The position numbers and the translations under genes were made by a program. Below, piece after piece: positions 18,721-29,137 of a DNA stretch of 64,000 nt. Positions within the stretch are counted from its first letter, which is position 1, and every line of letters begins with the position of its first letter. The notes below the pieces were generated by a model. That model had not been told where the DNA came from. It made no database searches and was given only the letters and a program-made list of their open reading frames with translations. The stretch comes from an uncultured Spirochaetales bacterium (GTDB lineage: Bacteria > Spirochaetota > Spirochaetia > Sphaerochaetales > Sphaerochaetaceae). The DNA lies in NCBI GenBank assembly GCA_934271365.1, contig CAKQRI010000002.1, forward strand, positions 63,173-127,172, read 5' to 3'.

Positions 18721-19296
18721 ATGAAGAGCTTGGGTTCAAAACCTCTTCTTTTTCCGATGCCTGTTCTCATCATCGCATCATACAATGAAGATGGCAGTGT
18801 TAATGCTATGAATATGGCCTGGGGTGGTGTTTCTGATGATACAAAAGTATCTCTTAATCTGGCACCTGATCATAAGACAGCTGAGAATATAAGAAAGAGA
18901 AGAGCATTCACTATAAGCGTTGCAGATGGTGCTCATATGAAGGAGGCAGACTTCTTTGGGATTGCAAGCGGAAATAAGGTTGCTGATAAGTTCAGCAGGA
19001 GCGGGCTTTCAGCTGTAAAGAGCGAGCTTGTTGATGCTCCTGTAATCACAGATTTCCCGCTTACTCTTGAGTGCAGTGTATCAGAGATAACAGAGAGGCC
19101 GTCTCTCTGCCATGTTGAAGGCGAGATCCTGAATGTTCTTGTCCATGAAGATATTCTGGATGATAAGGGAAAAGTTGATGTGAGAAAGCTGGACGGTCTG
19201 ATTTTCGATACATTCACAAGTGGTTACTATAGGGTAGGAGATAGAATCGGTACTGCATGGAAAGAAGGTGCAGAGCTGATGAAAAACTGCAGATAA
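18721..19296 (+). CDS. Flavin reductase-like (flavoredoxin) FMN-binding protein
   Basis: LLFPMPVLIIASYNEDGSVNAMNMAWGG is typical of the flavin reductase-like domain. ATG at 18721 after GGAGG. Confidence 0.75.
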   Translation: MKSLGSKPLLFPMPVLIIASYNEDGSVNAMNMAWGGVSDDTKVSLNLAPDHKTAENIRKRRAFTISVADGAHMKEADFFGIASGNKVADKFSRSGLSAVKSELVDAPVITDFPLTLECSVSEITERPSLCHVEGEILNVLVHEDILDDKGKVDVRKLDGLIFDTFTSGYYRVGDRIGTAWKEGAELMKNCR

Positions 19297-19307
19297 GCTG
19301 CTATAAT

Positions 19308-19341
19308 CTAGAAATATGCATGCCTTCTCTTTTCAGATGAG
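19308..19341 (+). terminator. Candidate terminator hairpin
   Basis: GCATGCCT N14 AGGCATGC followed by TTTT. Confidence 0.45.
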
Positions 19342-19367
19342 GCATGCTTTTATGTATAGAAGGCGAT

Positions 19368-20039
19368 ATGGAACGGAATATTGAGAAGAGAGTTGATTCT
19401 CTTTCTATAATGGCTCTTCTTACATTCTCAGGCGGAATGCAGGATGCATATACGTATTTTGAGAGAAGACATGTCTTTGCGAATGGGCAGACAGGCAATA
19501 TTGTGCTTATGGCATCTTATTTATTCTCAGGTGATTTCAAGAAGACATTGCATTATATTATTCCTATTCTATTCTATGCTCTGGGAATATTTCTCTCTGA
19601 TGAGATAGAAGGTCATAAGAAGGCACTATTCAGACTTGGAGAATGGCAGCATGTTGTTCTTTATCTGGAGATATTGCTTCTTCTTGTTGTCGGTCTGATT
19701 CCTGATTCAATGTACCATCTTGCAAATGCCCTTGTATCTTTTTCCTGTGCTCTTCAGGTCCAGGCTTTCAGGACTGTCCGGGGCTATAGCTATGCATCTA
19801 CAATGTGTGTTGGCAATATGAAGCTTGGCATGGCAGCTTTTAGTAAGTCAATCAGGCTTAAAGATAAGACAGAGCTGGATAAATTCTTACATTACATGCT
19901 TGTGATATTCATATTCATTGCTGGTGCTGGGACAGGAGCGCTTCTTTCTGAAAAAATAGGTCTGAAGGCAATCTGGGCATCTTCTTTTTCACTTATGATT
20001 GCTCTGATTCTGCTTTTTATTCCAATAAGGAAAAAATAA
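19368..20039 (+). CDS. YoaK/DUF1275-family membrane protein
   Basis: LLTFSGGMQDAYTYFERRHVFANGQTGN is the family's characteristic N-terminal motif. About 6 TM segments. Confidence 0.75.
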   Translation: MERNIEKRVDSLSIMALLTFSGGMQDAYTYFERRHVFANGQTGNIVLMASYLFSGDFKKTLHYIIPILFYALGIFLSDEIEGHKKALFRLGEWQHVVLYLEILLLLVVGLIPDSMYHLANALVSFSCALQVQAFRTVRGYSYASTMCVGNMKLGMAAFSKSIRLKDKTELDKFLHYMLVIFIFIAGAGTGALLSEKIGLKAIWASSFSLMIALILLFIPIRKK

Positions 20040-20083
20040 CTGATACATTGTAATTACCACAAAAATAGTCAATGAAATATCAA

Positions 20084-20317
20084 TCAGTTACTTATGATGG
20101 TGCATAATACCAGCAGAAATAGAAGTGCAATTGTTCCAATCACAGCTAATACAATCCTTGCTGCAGTCTGACCTGCTGAATGGTGTTCAGTCACACTTGT
20201 TTCTGTTATTTTATTGCCGTTTTCATCTTCTCTGGTAACAGTTGTTGTTGATTTGTCTTTTTTAAATGCTAAAACAATAATGAAGACAACAATAAAGAAA
20301 ATTATGAATCCGATCAC
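20084..20317 (-). CDS. Small two-TM membrane protein with a Thr/Glu-rich loop
   Basis: GTG start with AGGAG 8 nt upstream. Hydrophobic N- and C-terminal helices. Confidence 0.5.
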   Translation of the reverse strand: MIGFIIFFIVVFIIVLAFKKDKSTTTVTREDENGNKITETSVTEHHSAGQTAARIVLAVIGTIALLFLLVLCTIISN

Positions 20318-20568
20318 AGTGATTACTCCTTGTTTGCTAATAATTATATAACCTAATTTGTGTTTTCAGTGTTTATTAATTAGTTGCAAAAGTCGATTAA
20401 ATCTAGGGCTGAAGCGAATGATTGCTGCATTAAAATAATAAACTAGTTCTTCTTATTATTTGATTATTATTTTGATAATATAAAACAATTTTCTTTTTTA
20501 TTTGTATGAATGCTAAACTATTTAATGGATTTTCTCATTACTTAATTTATAAAAAGGTGGAATATAAA

Positions 20569-20706
20569 ATGTACGAAATAAGCGATGAATTGAAAGAAAA
20601 AGCAATAAATGAAATAATCAACTATAAGAAGGTCACATGGCGTGATTGGGATAAGGTAATAACAGAACTTCCTTATATTGATACATGGTTTGAAGATTAT
20701 TCATGA
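20569..20706 (+). CDS. 45-aa ORF in an AT-rich island, possibly the 5' piece of a frameshifted gene
   Basis: AAGGTGG SD lies 8 nt before ATG 20569. A +1 frame continues for about 50 more codons after the stop (HENNPRKYKEIEQNWLINSV...). Confidence 0.3.
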   Translation: MYEISDELKEKAINEIINYKKVTWRDWDKVITELPYIDTWFEDYS

Positions 20707-20928
20707 GAATAATCCTAGAAAGTACAAAGAAATAGAACAAAATTGGCTAATAAACTCTGTTTCGCTTTGTCTGAAATATTCTTTATTTTTAGATAGTTTT
20801 AATAATTCGATAGAATTAGTGCTAAAAGATCAAGAATCTCAACAAAAATAGTTTGATATGACAACATATATTATATATCAGAGAATATATAGAGAATGTA
20901 GCCTAAATACTGCTAAAAAGGATTTGAA

Positions 20929-21285
20929 ATGTGGACGAATTTGCCTATAGGAGAAAGATCTGAATATAAAAGGATGATACTTGCTTTTGCCAGTTTAACT
21001 GAAATGTTTGCGCAGAAAGCGGAGAAAGATAATCAACTACCTATTCCGATTTTGAATTCCAAATATCAAGAAAAAGTTTTTCAGAGAGTATTCCATGCTT
21101 ATGCAGAAGATATAGGTAATACATCCTATAATGCATCAATAAAAGGAAAAGATAAGAAATATCTTATAGGACTTAAGACTTTTGGTTTTAACTCTAAAGA
21201 TCAAAAGATAGCACAGTTTAAAGCAAATCATGATGAGTGGTCGGAAGATTTTGAAACAATAAGAAGAAATTCTGTTAATTATTAA
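20929..21285 (+). pseudogene. Truncated ORF, tentatively the N-terminal third of a PD-(D/E)XK type II restriction-endonuclease-like protein
   Basis: AEDIGN...KYLIGLKTFG...QKIAQF resembles a D...(x)K nuclease core. The ORF stops at 118 aa, there is no coding continuation, and no methyltransferase is nearby. The call is weak. Confidence 0.3.
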
Positions 21286-21467
21286 AGCAGTTAATTCTTA
21301 TAAATATGATAATTCTGAGAAAAAGACATGGGGGATTCTTGCTGAGAAGATACAGGAAAGATATAAAGTGGCAACAGCTGTTTGCTAGAAGATTCCTCTT
21401 TTCTTTCCTTTAAGAAACCACTATCTTTATAAAACCTATTGGTTCAATTAGTTTTGGAAGTTCAATC

Positions 21468-22142
21468 ATGAATAGCGATATATTGTCTCTTGTTATAGAT
21501 TCATTCTGGAAGATACTGAAGCCAGGGCTGACGCTTACAATCCCTCTGACTCTGATTTCTTTCTCAATAGCACTTGTAATTGCAACTGTAACTGCTCTCG
21601 TGCAGTTTGCGAGGATTCCTGTGCTGAAGACCCTTGCACGGTTTTATATCTGGGTAATCAGGGGAACTCCTGTTCTTGTACAGCTCTTTGTGGTTTTCTA
21701 TGGCCTTCCTAAAATCGGGATCCTGATCAATCCATTTCCTGCTGCAATCATAGTCTTCTCAATTAACGAAGGTGCATATTGTGCTGAAACCATAAGAGCA
21801 GCACTTGAATCAGTTCCATCAGGCCAGTTCGAAGCAGGAGAGTGCGTTGGGCTTAGCTATCTGCAGATAATAAGGAGAATAATGCTGCCACAGGCTCTGC
21901 GCACTGCTTTCCCGACACTGTTCAATTCTCTGATAGGAATGGTAAAGGACACATCACTTGCTGCTAATATAACCGTAGCGGAGATGTTCATGCAGACACA
22001 GAAGATTGTAGCTAGAACTTATCAGCCTCTTGTCTTATATATTGAGCTTGGGTTCATTTATCTCATGTTCTGTACAGTGCTTACTAAGCTGCAGCATTTC
22101 GGGGAAAAGAAGCTGAATGCGAGGGGAGGCGTTAGGGTCTGA
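21468..22142 (+). CDS. Polar amino-acid ABC transporter permease (His/Glu/Gln/Arg/cystine family)
   Basis: EAA-loop region ([30 protein letters not shown]) and 5 TM segments. Confidence 0.9.
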   Translation: MNSDILSLVIDSFWKILKPGLTLTIPLTLISFSIALVIATVTALVQFARIPVLKTLARFYIWVIRGTPVLVQLFVVFYGLPKIGILINPFPAAIIVFSINEGAYCAETIRAALESVPSGQFEAGECVGLSYLQIIRRIMLPQALRTAFPTLFNSLIGMVKDTSLAANITVAEMFMQTQKIVARTYQPLVLYIELGFIYLMFCTVLTKLQHFGEKKLNARGGVRV

Positions 22143-22882
22143 TGGTTCTTGATGCTAAGAATATAGAGAAGAGATTTGGCAGCGTTGAGGTTCTTAGGGA
22201 TGTCAGCTTATCTGTTGATAAAGGCGATGTTGTTGCTATTTTAGGACCGAGTGGTTCTGGAAAGACGACCTTCCTTAGATGTCTGAACTTTCTTGAGAGA
22301 GCTGATTCCGGAAAGATATTCTTCAATGGTAGGGAATATGATCTCTCGTCTATCAGCAAGAGGGATGTCTCAGACATCAGAAAGCACACAGGATTTGTTT
22401 TCCAGAGCTATAATCTCTTTCTGAATAAGACAGCCCTTGAGAATGTGACAGAAGGTCTTATAGTTGCAAGGCATATCAATAAGAGTGATGCAATAGAAAG
22501 AGGGCGAAAGGCACTTCTCCGTGTGGGAATGCAGGATAGGGAGGACTACTATCCATCAGAGCTTTCAGGCGGACAGCAGCAGAGAGTCGCAATTGCCAGA
22601 GCAATTGTCACAGAGCCTGATCTGATTTACTTTGATGAGCCTACATCTGCTTTGGACCCAGAGCTCACAGGAGAGGTCCTTACTGTTATGAAAAGCTTAG
22701 CAGAAGAGGGAATGACGATGATTGTCGTCACTCATGAGATGGGATTTGCACGCAATGTTGCAGATAGGGTTGTTTTCATGGAAGGCGGGGTTGTTGTTGA
22801 AGAAGGAGACGCTAAGTCATTCTTCTCTTCTCCGAAGAATAAGAGGACAATTGAATTTCTGCGTCTTATAGATAAGGAGTGA
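22142..22882 (+). CDS. Amino-acid ABC transporter ATP-binding protein
   Basis: Walker [10 protein letters not shown], signature [14 protein letters not shown], Walker [12 protein letters not shown]. Confidence 0.95.
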   Translation: MVLDAKNIEKRFGSVEVLRDVSLSVDKGDVVAILGPSGSGKTTFLRCLNFLERADSGKIFFNGREYDLSSISKRDVSDIRKHTGFVFQSYNLFLNKTALENVTEGLIVARHINKSDAIERGRKALLRVGMQDREDYYPSELSGGQQQRVAIARAIVTEPDLIYFDEPTSALDPELTGEVLTVMKSLAEEGMTMIVVTHEMGFARNVADRVVFMEGGVVVEEGDAKSFFSSPKNKRTIEFLRLIDKE

Positions 22883-22884
22883 TT

Positions 22885-23685
22885 ATGAAGAGATTGTTTG
22901 CAGCTTTGTTGATTTCTTTAGCAGTTTTCTCAGTGCTTTATGCAGGAGGATCAAAAGAGAGTGTATCAGGAGATCTTCTTGAAAGGATAAAGGCAAAGGG
23001 TGAGATCACTATTGCAATGGAAGGTACATGGGCACCTTGGACATATCATGATGAGAAGGATCAGCTTGTAGGATATGATGTTGAGGTCGGAAAGGCTATT
23101 GCAGATAAGCTTGGTGTAAATGCTAAGTTTGTAGAAGGCGAGTGGGATGGGCTTCTGGCTGGTCTTGATGCTGGACGCTATGACATTATGGTCAACGGTG
23201 TTGATATTACACCAGAGAGAAGCGCTAAGTATGATTTCTCTTCCCCATATGCTTATAACCGCACTGCTGTTATCGTAAAAGGGGATAACAATTCAATAAA
23301 TAAGCTGGAAGATCTTCGAGGAAAGAAAACAGCAAATACAATCTCAAGCACATATGCTGAGGTTGCAGAGCGTTATGGTGCAACTGTCACAGGTGTAGAT
23401 GATCTCAATCAGACATTCGAGCTCCTGTTTGCAGGCAGGATAGATGCTACCTTGAATGCTGAAGTCACTTTCTATGATTACAAGAAAGCTCATCCAGATG
23501 CTGATATGAAGATTGCAGTTCTCACAGATGATGCCAATAAGGTCGGTATTCCAATGAAGAAAGGTGATGATTCCAGGACATTGAGAGAGGCCGTTGATAA
23601 GGCACTTGCTGAGATGGCTCAGGATGGGACATTATCAGCACTAGCAATCAAGTATTTCGGTGTTGATATATCGAAAGAGAATTAA
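22885..23685 (+). CDS. Amino-acid ABC transporter substrate-binding protein
   Basis: Signal peptide, then the type 3 SBP pattern (ITIAMEGTWAPWTY...GYDVEVGKAIADKLG). ATG at 22885 lies 5 nt after AAGGAG; the track start is GTG 22879. Confidence 0.9.
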   Translation: MKRLFAALLISLAVFSVLYAGGSKESVSGDLLERIKAKGEITIAMEGTWAPWTYHDEKDQLVGYDVEVGKAIADKLGVNAKFVEGEWDGLLAGLDAGRYDIMVNGVDITPERSAKYDFSSPYAYNRTAVIVKGDNNSINKLEDLRGKKTANTISSTYAEVAERYGATVTGVDDLNQTFELLFAGRIDATLNAEVTFYDYKKAHPDADMKIAVLTDDANKVGIPMKKGDDSRTLREAVDKALAEMAQDGTLSALAIKYFGVDISKEN

Positions 23686-23690
23686 GAGAA

Positions 23691-23716
23691 GGGGAGGCTG
23701 TTGCCTCCTTTTCTTT
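23691..23716 (+). terminator. Rho-independent terminator after the ABC operon
   Basis: GGAGGC-TGTT-GCCTCC hairpin plus a T-rich tail. Confidence 0.75.
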
Positions 23717-23773
23717 ATCTTTGAAGCTGTCTGGTTAGCATTCTAGGATTGCTTCATGATCATCTCTTTGAAG

Positions 23774-24688
23774 TCATAGATGGAAGGATTGCATTCTCCT
23801 TATCTTTCCAATTCTTGTCTCTGCTGAAATCACTTCTGTATCATAAGCATTCAGCATATTGCACATCTCTATTGCTGCTGACTTATAGAGTACAGGCTGA
23901 AAGTGGCTGATGATGATTTTCGCAGCTCTTACCTTTCCTTTATTCTCAAGCAGCAGAGTGCGGATAGGTGCTGCTGGTCCGAATACCCATATCGGGGAGC
24001 AGATGGTGACAGAATCAAAATGTGAGAGATCTATATGCTCTATAGGCATAGGCCATCTGTGCATGCCATATCTTCCGCACCACCAGAATCCAAGTGTGCC
24101 TTCTGTTCTCTCTTTTGCCTTCACTTCAATGGTGAGCGCGCTTGTTTTATCAGCCTCTTCATACGCAAGCTTCTTCACATACCCGAGTCTTGAGAAATAT
24201 ATCACTGCCTTTGTTTTGTCTTTGCCGATATTCCTATAATCATCTGGATTGAAGCTGAGATTCTCCTGCCTGCTGAATACAAAGCAGGCGAAGCTGGAGG
24301 CTATCTCAGCTATTGAGATTATGAATGTTATGATAGATGGTGCATTGGGAGGCAGTATGGCAAACTGCAGCATTATCCATAGGGATAGGATTACTCCAGG
24401 GATTATTGCAGATAGTCTGCATCTACTCTGGTCTCTTATTAGCTTTATGCCATTATATATATGAGGTATTCCGATAATTGACAGAAGAGCGATTCCTGGG
24501 AAGATATAATCATTATATAGATAATCTGAAAATGGCAGAACCTTGAAGCATGGCAGGAGCTCCGTCATATGCAGAAGTGATCCATCTGGAGCTGCAAACA
24601 TCATCATAGATCCGTAGAATGCTGCAATACCTGTCAGCATATATAATGTTGTTGATAGTTTCCTTGCTGTTCTGAATCTGCTATGCAT
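23774..24688 (-). CDS. Membrane protein (about 4 TM) with a C-terminal flavodoxin-like domain
   Basis: Hydrophobic N-terminal half. C-terminal VIYFSRLGYVKKLAYEEAD resembles the flavodoxin-family xIYFSxxGNTKKxA motif. Overlaps the upstream tetR stop by 8 nt. Confidence 0.55.
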   Translation of the reverse strand: MHSRFRTARKLSTTLYMLTGIAAFYGSMMMFAAPDGSLLHMTELLPCFKVLPFSDYLYNDYIFPGIALLSIIGIPHIYNGIKLIRDQSRCRLSAIIPGVILSLWIMLQFAILPPNAPSIITFIISIAEIASSFACFVFSRQENLSFNPDDYRNIGKDKTKAVIYFSRLGYVKKLAYEEADKTSALTIEVKAKERTEGTLGFWWCGRYGMHRWPMPIEHIDLSHFDSVTICSPIWVFGPAAPIRTLLLENKGKVRAAKIIISHFQPVLYKSAAIEMCNMLNAYDTEVISAETRIGKIRRMQSFHL

Positions 24689-25310
24689 TATTTGCCTCCG
24701 TATGCATCTTATAGAAACTGATTACATGCTTTTCAAGCATCTCAAGGCATTCATCCATTCTCTCAGGTTCTCTATCAATTACTCCCAGGAGATAGAAAAC
24801 AGGTGCAGTGTATTCTATTGCAAAGATGTGCGGGTCGCCTTCTTTCATTGAGCCGCAGCTGATGAATGACAGGAAGAGCTTTTCATGGTATCTTACCATT
24901 CTTTCTCCATAGCGCTCTGTATATAGCCTGCTGTATTCTGGGCTTCTGAACTGCATTGATGTAAGAAGCTTTCTGAAATCTCTTACAAAAGGCTCTGCGA
25001 CTGAGAATTCAATGAGCTCTCTGACTTTTGCTGCAATCTTTTCTGGTGACATTGATGCAAAATGTGCAGAATCCATTCCCTCTCTGCTATCTATATGAAG
25101 GCTCATTTCCTCAGCTTTAACTTCATACTGTCTTTTCATTTCCTCAAAGATCTTACTGAGAATCTCTTCTTTTGAGCTGTAATGCTTATAAAGAGAACTC
25201 TGAGTTATTCCAATCGCTTTTGCTATGTCTCTAACGGAGGTTCCATCAAAGCCTTTTTCTGAAAATAGCCTTAGCGAGACATCTAGTATCTCATTGTCCG
25301 AAGTCTTCAT
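24681..25310 (-). CDS. TetR/AcrR-family transcriptional regulator
   Basis: ILDVSLRLFSEKGFDGTSVRDIAKAIGITQSSLYKHYSSKEEI is a canonical TetR HTH. Confidence 0.9.
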   Translation of the reverse strand: MKTSDNEILDVSLRLFSEKGFDGTSVRDIAKAIGITQSSLYKHYSSKEEILSKIFEEMKRQYEVKAEEMSLHIDSREGMDSAHFASMSPEKIAAKVRELIEFSVAEPFVRDFRKLLTSMQFRSPEYSRLYTERYGERMVRYHEKLFLSFISCGSMKEGDPHIFAIEYTAPVFYLLGVIDREPERMDECLEMLEKHVISFYKMHTEANNA

Positions 25311-25323
25311 GGCTTATATAAGA

Positions 25324-25335
25324 GAACAAATGTTC
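25324..25335. promoter_or_regulatory. Candidate TetR operator palindrome GAACAAATGTTC
   Basis: Perfect 5-2-5 inverted repeat, 14 nt upstream of the tetR start codon. Confidence 0.4.
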
Positions 25336-25556
25336 GCTTTTGTCAATCTCCTGTTTTTTCTATCTGCTGCTTTATTTTTGATTAGTTGAATCTAACTGCT
25401 TTTCCTTTGCCCATATAACAATAAATATGAGGCAATTATCATGGATTGTTATGAAATAATTTTAGACAATTCCAAAAAATGCAACAATGATTCAGCTTTT
25501 TTGATGTTGAAAGCGATGGATAACTGCGTTATTCTTGAAAATGGTGTGGTAGCACC

Positions 25557-25570
25557 AATATTCGAATATT
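25557..25570. promoter_or_regulatory. Perfect 14-bp palindrome AATATTCGAATATT just upstream of the nifJ SD
   Basis: Read directly. It lies 22 nt before the nifJ ATG. Confidence 0.35.
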
Positions 25571-25591
25571 CAAAATTTGGAGTGTAATTAA

Positions 25592-28500
25592 ATGGCAGAC
25601 AAGAAAATGGTTACCATTGATGGAAACACCGCTGCTGCGCATATTGCCTATGCTTTCAGTGATGTTGCAGCAATTTACCCAATTACTCCATCTTCACCTA
25701 TGGGTGAATATGCAGAGCAGTGGTCTTCTATGGGAATGGAAAACCTCTGGGGTAAGAAAGTAGAAATCATGGAAATGCAGTCTGAGGCTGGTGCAGCTGG
25801 TGCAGTTCACGGCTCTCTTGCAGCTGGTGCGCTGACTACAACATTCACAGCATCTCAGGGTCTTCTCCTGATGATTCCTAACATGTACAAGATTGCAGGT
25901 GAGATGATTCCTACAGTATTCCATGTATCAGCAAGAGCTCTTGCAGCTCAGTCACTGGCTATTTTCGGTGACCATTCTGATGTTATGGCATGCCGTAATA
26001 CAGGTTTTGCAATGACTTGTGCTTCTTCTATTCAGGAGACAATGGATATTGCTCTTGTAGCACATCTTTCAACTCTTGAGTCTCAGGTTCCTTTCCTGAA
26101 CTTCTTCGATGGATTCAGAACATCACATGAGATTCAGAAAGTAGAGCAGATCTCTTATGACGATATCAAGAAGATTGTTGATGAGAAGTATATTGAGAGA
26201 TTCAGAGCTAGAGCTCAGCGCCCTGAGCACCCAATGACAAAGGTTGCAGCACAGAATGAAGATGTATACTTCCAGGGTAGAGAGACTGTAAACAAGTATT
26301 TCAATGAAGTTCCAGCTATTGTTCAGAAGAACATGGATAAGGTAGCTTCAATCACAGGCAGACAGTATCACCTCTTCGACTATGTTGGTGCTCCAGATGC
26401 AACAGATGTTGTAATCGTAATGGGAAGCGCAGCTGACACATTCGAATGGGTTGTTGACTATATTAACAAGAAGGGTGGTAAGGTTGGTCTTCTTAAGGTA
26501 AGACTTTACAGACCATTCTCAGCAGAGCATTTCGTAGCTGCTCTTCCAAAGACTGTTAAGAAGATTGCTGTTCTTGATAGGACTAAGGAAATCGGAGCTA
26601 CAGGTGAGCCTCTTTATCTTGATGTTGTTGCTGCGCTTGCACAGATGGGCAGAGAAGGCATTAAGGTTATTGGCGGAAGATATGGCCTTTCTTCTAAGGA
26701 CTTCCCTCCAACTCATGCAAAGAGCGTATTCGACTTCCTTGCAACAGATAACTGCTGGCATAACTTCACAGTTGGAATCAACGATGATGTAACAGGCAAG
26801 TCAATCCCAATCTCAAAGGAGAAGATTGATGTAACACCTGCTGGCGTTGTTTCATGCATGTTCTGGGGTCTTGGTTCTGATGGTACAGTTGGCGCAAACA
26901 AGAATTCAATCAAGATTATCGGTGATAATACAAACCAGAATGCTCAGGCTTATTTCGCATATGACTCAAAGAAGTCTGGTGGTATCACAATCTCTCACCT
27001 CAGATTCGGTGAAGGAAAGCTTGATATGCCATGGCTCATTGACCATGCAGACTTTGTAGCTTGCCATAACCCAGCTTATATCGGCCGCTATGATATGCTT
27101 TCAGCTCTTAAGGAAGGTGGTGTATTCCTCCTTAACTCTCAGATTCCTTCAGATGAGGTATTTGAGCACCTTACAAGAGATGAGCAGGAGCAGATCATCA
27201 ATAAGAAGATCCGATTCTACAATATCGATGCTCTGAAGATTGCACGTGCAGTAGGTCTTGGTTCTAGAATCAATACTGTAATGCAGGCTGCATTCTTTGC
27301 TATTGCAAACGTTCTTCCTCATGATGAGGCTATTGAGCTTATCAAGAAGTACATCAAGAAGACATTCCTGAAGAAGGGTGAGGAGATTGTACAGAAGAAC
27401 TGGGCTGCAGTTGATGCTGCTGAAGCTGCTCTTGTTGAGGTTAAGGTTCCAGCAACAATCACAAAGAGCTATGAGCCAAAGAGACTCATCCCAGAAGATG
27501 CTGATGATTTCACAAAGAATATCATCGAGCCAATCATGCATCTCAAGGGCGATTCTATTCCTGTTTCTGCTATGTCTTTCGACGGTAAGCTTCCTACTGG
27601 AACAGCTAAGCTTGAGAAGAGAGGCGTTGCTGCATTCGTACCTCATTGGGACAGCACAAAGTGTATCCAGTGTAACCAGTGCGTACAGTCATGCCCACAT
27701 GCTGCAATCAGATCAAAGCAGATTACACCAGAAGATGTAGCTAAGGCTCCAGAAGGATTCACTGTAATCAAGTCAAATACAAAGAACGACAGAAACCTCC
27801 AGTTCAGAATTCAGGTCTATACTGAGGACTGTCAGGGCTGTGGCGTATGTGTTGAAGCTTGTCCTGCAAAGGAAAAGGCTCTCGACATGGTTCCTGTACA
27901 GGGCGAGAGAGATAATGGCGAGATTGAGAAGGCTACATACTTCGAGAATCTTACATGGGATAACCTTGATGGTCTTAACATGAATACTGTTAAGGGACTT
28001 ATGTTCAAGCAGCCACTGTTTGAATTCTCAGGTGCTTGTGCAGGTTGTGGTGAGACACCTTATGTTAAGATGCTTTCACAGATCTGCGGTGAGAGAGCAA
28101 TCATTGCTAACGCAACTGGATGTTCTTCAATCTACTCAGGCACATTCCCAACAATCCCATATACAAAGAGACCTGATGGACGTGGTCCAGCTTGGGGTAA
28201 CTCACTTTTCGAAGATAACGCAGAGTATGGTCTTGGTATGAGACTTGCTGTTGATTCTAACAGAAATCTTCTTAAGATGAAGGCTGATGCCCTTATTGCT
28301 AAGGGATGCTCACCAGAGCTTAAGGCAGCTATTGAGAAGTGCTATGACCTCTGGTCAGATACAACAGAAGCTTCTATCAAGGCACAGAATGAGGTTCAGG
28401 CAATTCTTAAGAATGAGAAGGCTGCAGATGCAGAGTCTCAGGTTCTCCTTGATAAGATCATTGAGCTCCAGGATTACTTCTCAGAGAAGAATGTCCTCAT

Positions 28501-29137
28501 CATCGGTGGTGATGGATGGGCTTATGATATCGGATACGGTGGTGTTGACCATGTTGTTGCTTCTGGCAAGAATGTTACAATCCTCGTTCTTGATACTGAG
28601 GTTTACTCTAACACAGGTGGACAGGCTTCTAAGGCAACTCCTATCGCAGCTGTTGCTAAGTTTGCTAATGCTGGTAAGAAGGTTGGCAAGAAGAACATGG
28701 GCTTCATGTGTATGACATATGGCTATGTATATGTTGCATCCTGTGCTCTTGGCTACAACAGACAGCAGGCTCAGAAGTGTCTTCAGGAAGCAGTTGCTTA
28801 CAATGGTCCTTCTATTGTCTTCTGTTATGCTCCATGTATTAACCATGGTATTAACATGAGATATTCTCAGGTCGAGGCTAAGAAGGCTGTTGAGGCTGGT
28901 TACTGGCCACTCTATCGCTTCAACCCAGCTGCAGAGAAGGGCAAGAAGTTCACTTGGGAGACAAAGCCAGCTACTGCTGACTATGAGACATTCATCAAGG
29001 GTGAGACAAGATATGCTTCTCTCTACAAGACAAATCCAGAGCATGCAGATGAGCTCTTTGCTAAGAGTGCTGCAGATGCTGCTGAGCGCCTGTCTTTCTA
29101 CGAGAAGTGCGGTTCTGCTCTCGGAGAGATTCTCTAA
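25592..29137 (+). CDS. nifJ: Pyruvate:ferredoxin (flavodoxin) oxidoreductase
   Basis: 1181 aa single-chain PFOR. Two 4Fe-4S motifs (CIQCNQCVQSCPHAAI, CQGCGVCVEACPAK) and TPP-binding GGDGWAYDIGYGG. Confidence 0.97.
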   Translation: MADKKMVTIDGNTAAAHIAYAFSDVAAIYPITPSSPMGEYAEQWSSMGMENLWGKKVEIMEMQSEAGAAGAVHGSLAAGALTTTFTASQGLLLMIPNMYKIAGEMIPTVFHVSARALAAQSLAIFGDHSDVMACRNTGFAMTCASSIQETMDIALVAHLSTLESQVPFLNFFDGFRTSHEIQKVEQISYDDIKKIVDEKYIERFRARAQRPEHPMTKVAAQNEDVYFQGRETVNKYFNEVPAIVQKNMDKVASITGRQYHLFDYVGAPDATDVVIVMGSAADTFEWVVDYINKKGGKVGLLKVRLYRPFSAEHFVAALPKTVKKIAVLDRTKEIGATGEPLYLDVVAALAQMGREGIKVIGGRYGLSSKDFPPTHAKSVFDFLATDNCWHNFTVGINDDVTGKSIPISKEKIDVTPAGVVSCMFWGLGSDGTVGANKNSIKIIGDNTNQNAQAYFAYDSKKSGGITISHLRFGEGKLDMPWLIDHADFVACHNPAYIGRYDMLSALKEGGVFLLNSQIPSDEVFEHLTRDEQEQIINKKIRFYNIDALKIARAVGLGSRINTVMQAAFFAIANVLPHDEAIELIKKYIKKTFLKKGEEIVQKNWAAVDAAEAALVEVKVPATITKSYEPKRLIPEDADDFTKNIIEPIMHLKGDSIPVSAMSFDGKLPTGTAKLEKRGVAAFVPHWDSTKCIQCNQCVQSCPHAAIRSKQITPEDVAKAPEGFTVIKSNTKNDRNLQFRIQVYTEDCQGCGVCVEACPAKEKALDMVPVQGERDNGEIEKATYFENLTWDNLDGLNMNTVKGLMFKQPLFEFSGACAGCGETPYVKMLSQICGERAIIANATGCSSIYSGTFPTIPYTKRPDGRGPAWGNSLFEDNAEYGLGMRLAVDSNRNLLKMKADALIAKGCSPELKAAIEKCYDLWSDTTEASIKAQNEVQAILKNEKAADAESQVLLDKIIELQDYFSEKNVLIIGGDGWAYDIGYGGVDHVVASGKNVTILVLDTEVYSNTGGQASKATPIAAVAKFANAGKKVGKKNMGFMCMTYGYVYVASCALGYNRQQAQKCLQEAVAYNGPSIVFCYAPCINHGINMRYSQVEAKKAVEAGYWPLYRFNPAAEKGKKFTWETKPATADYETFIKGETRYASLYKTNPEHADELFAKSAADAAERLSFYEKCGSALGEIL

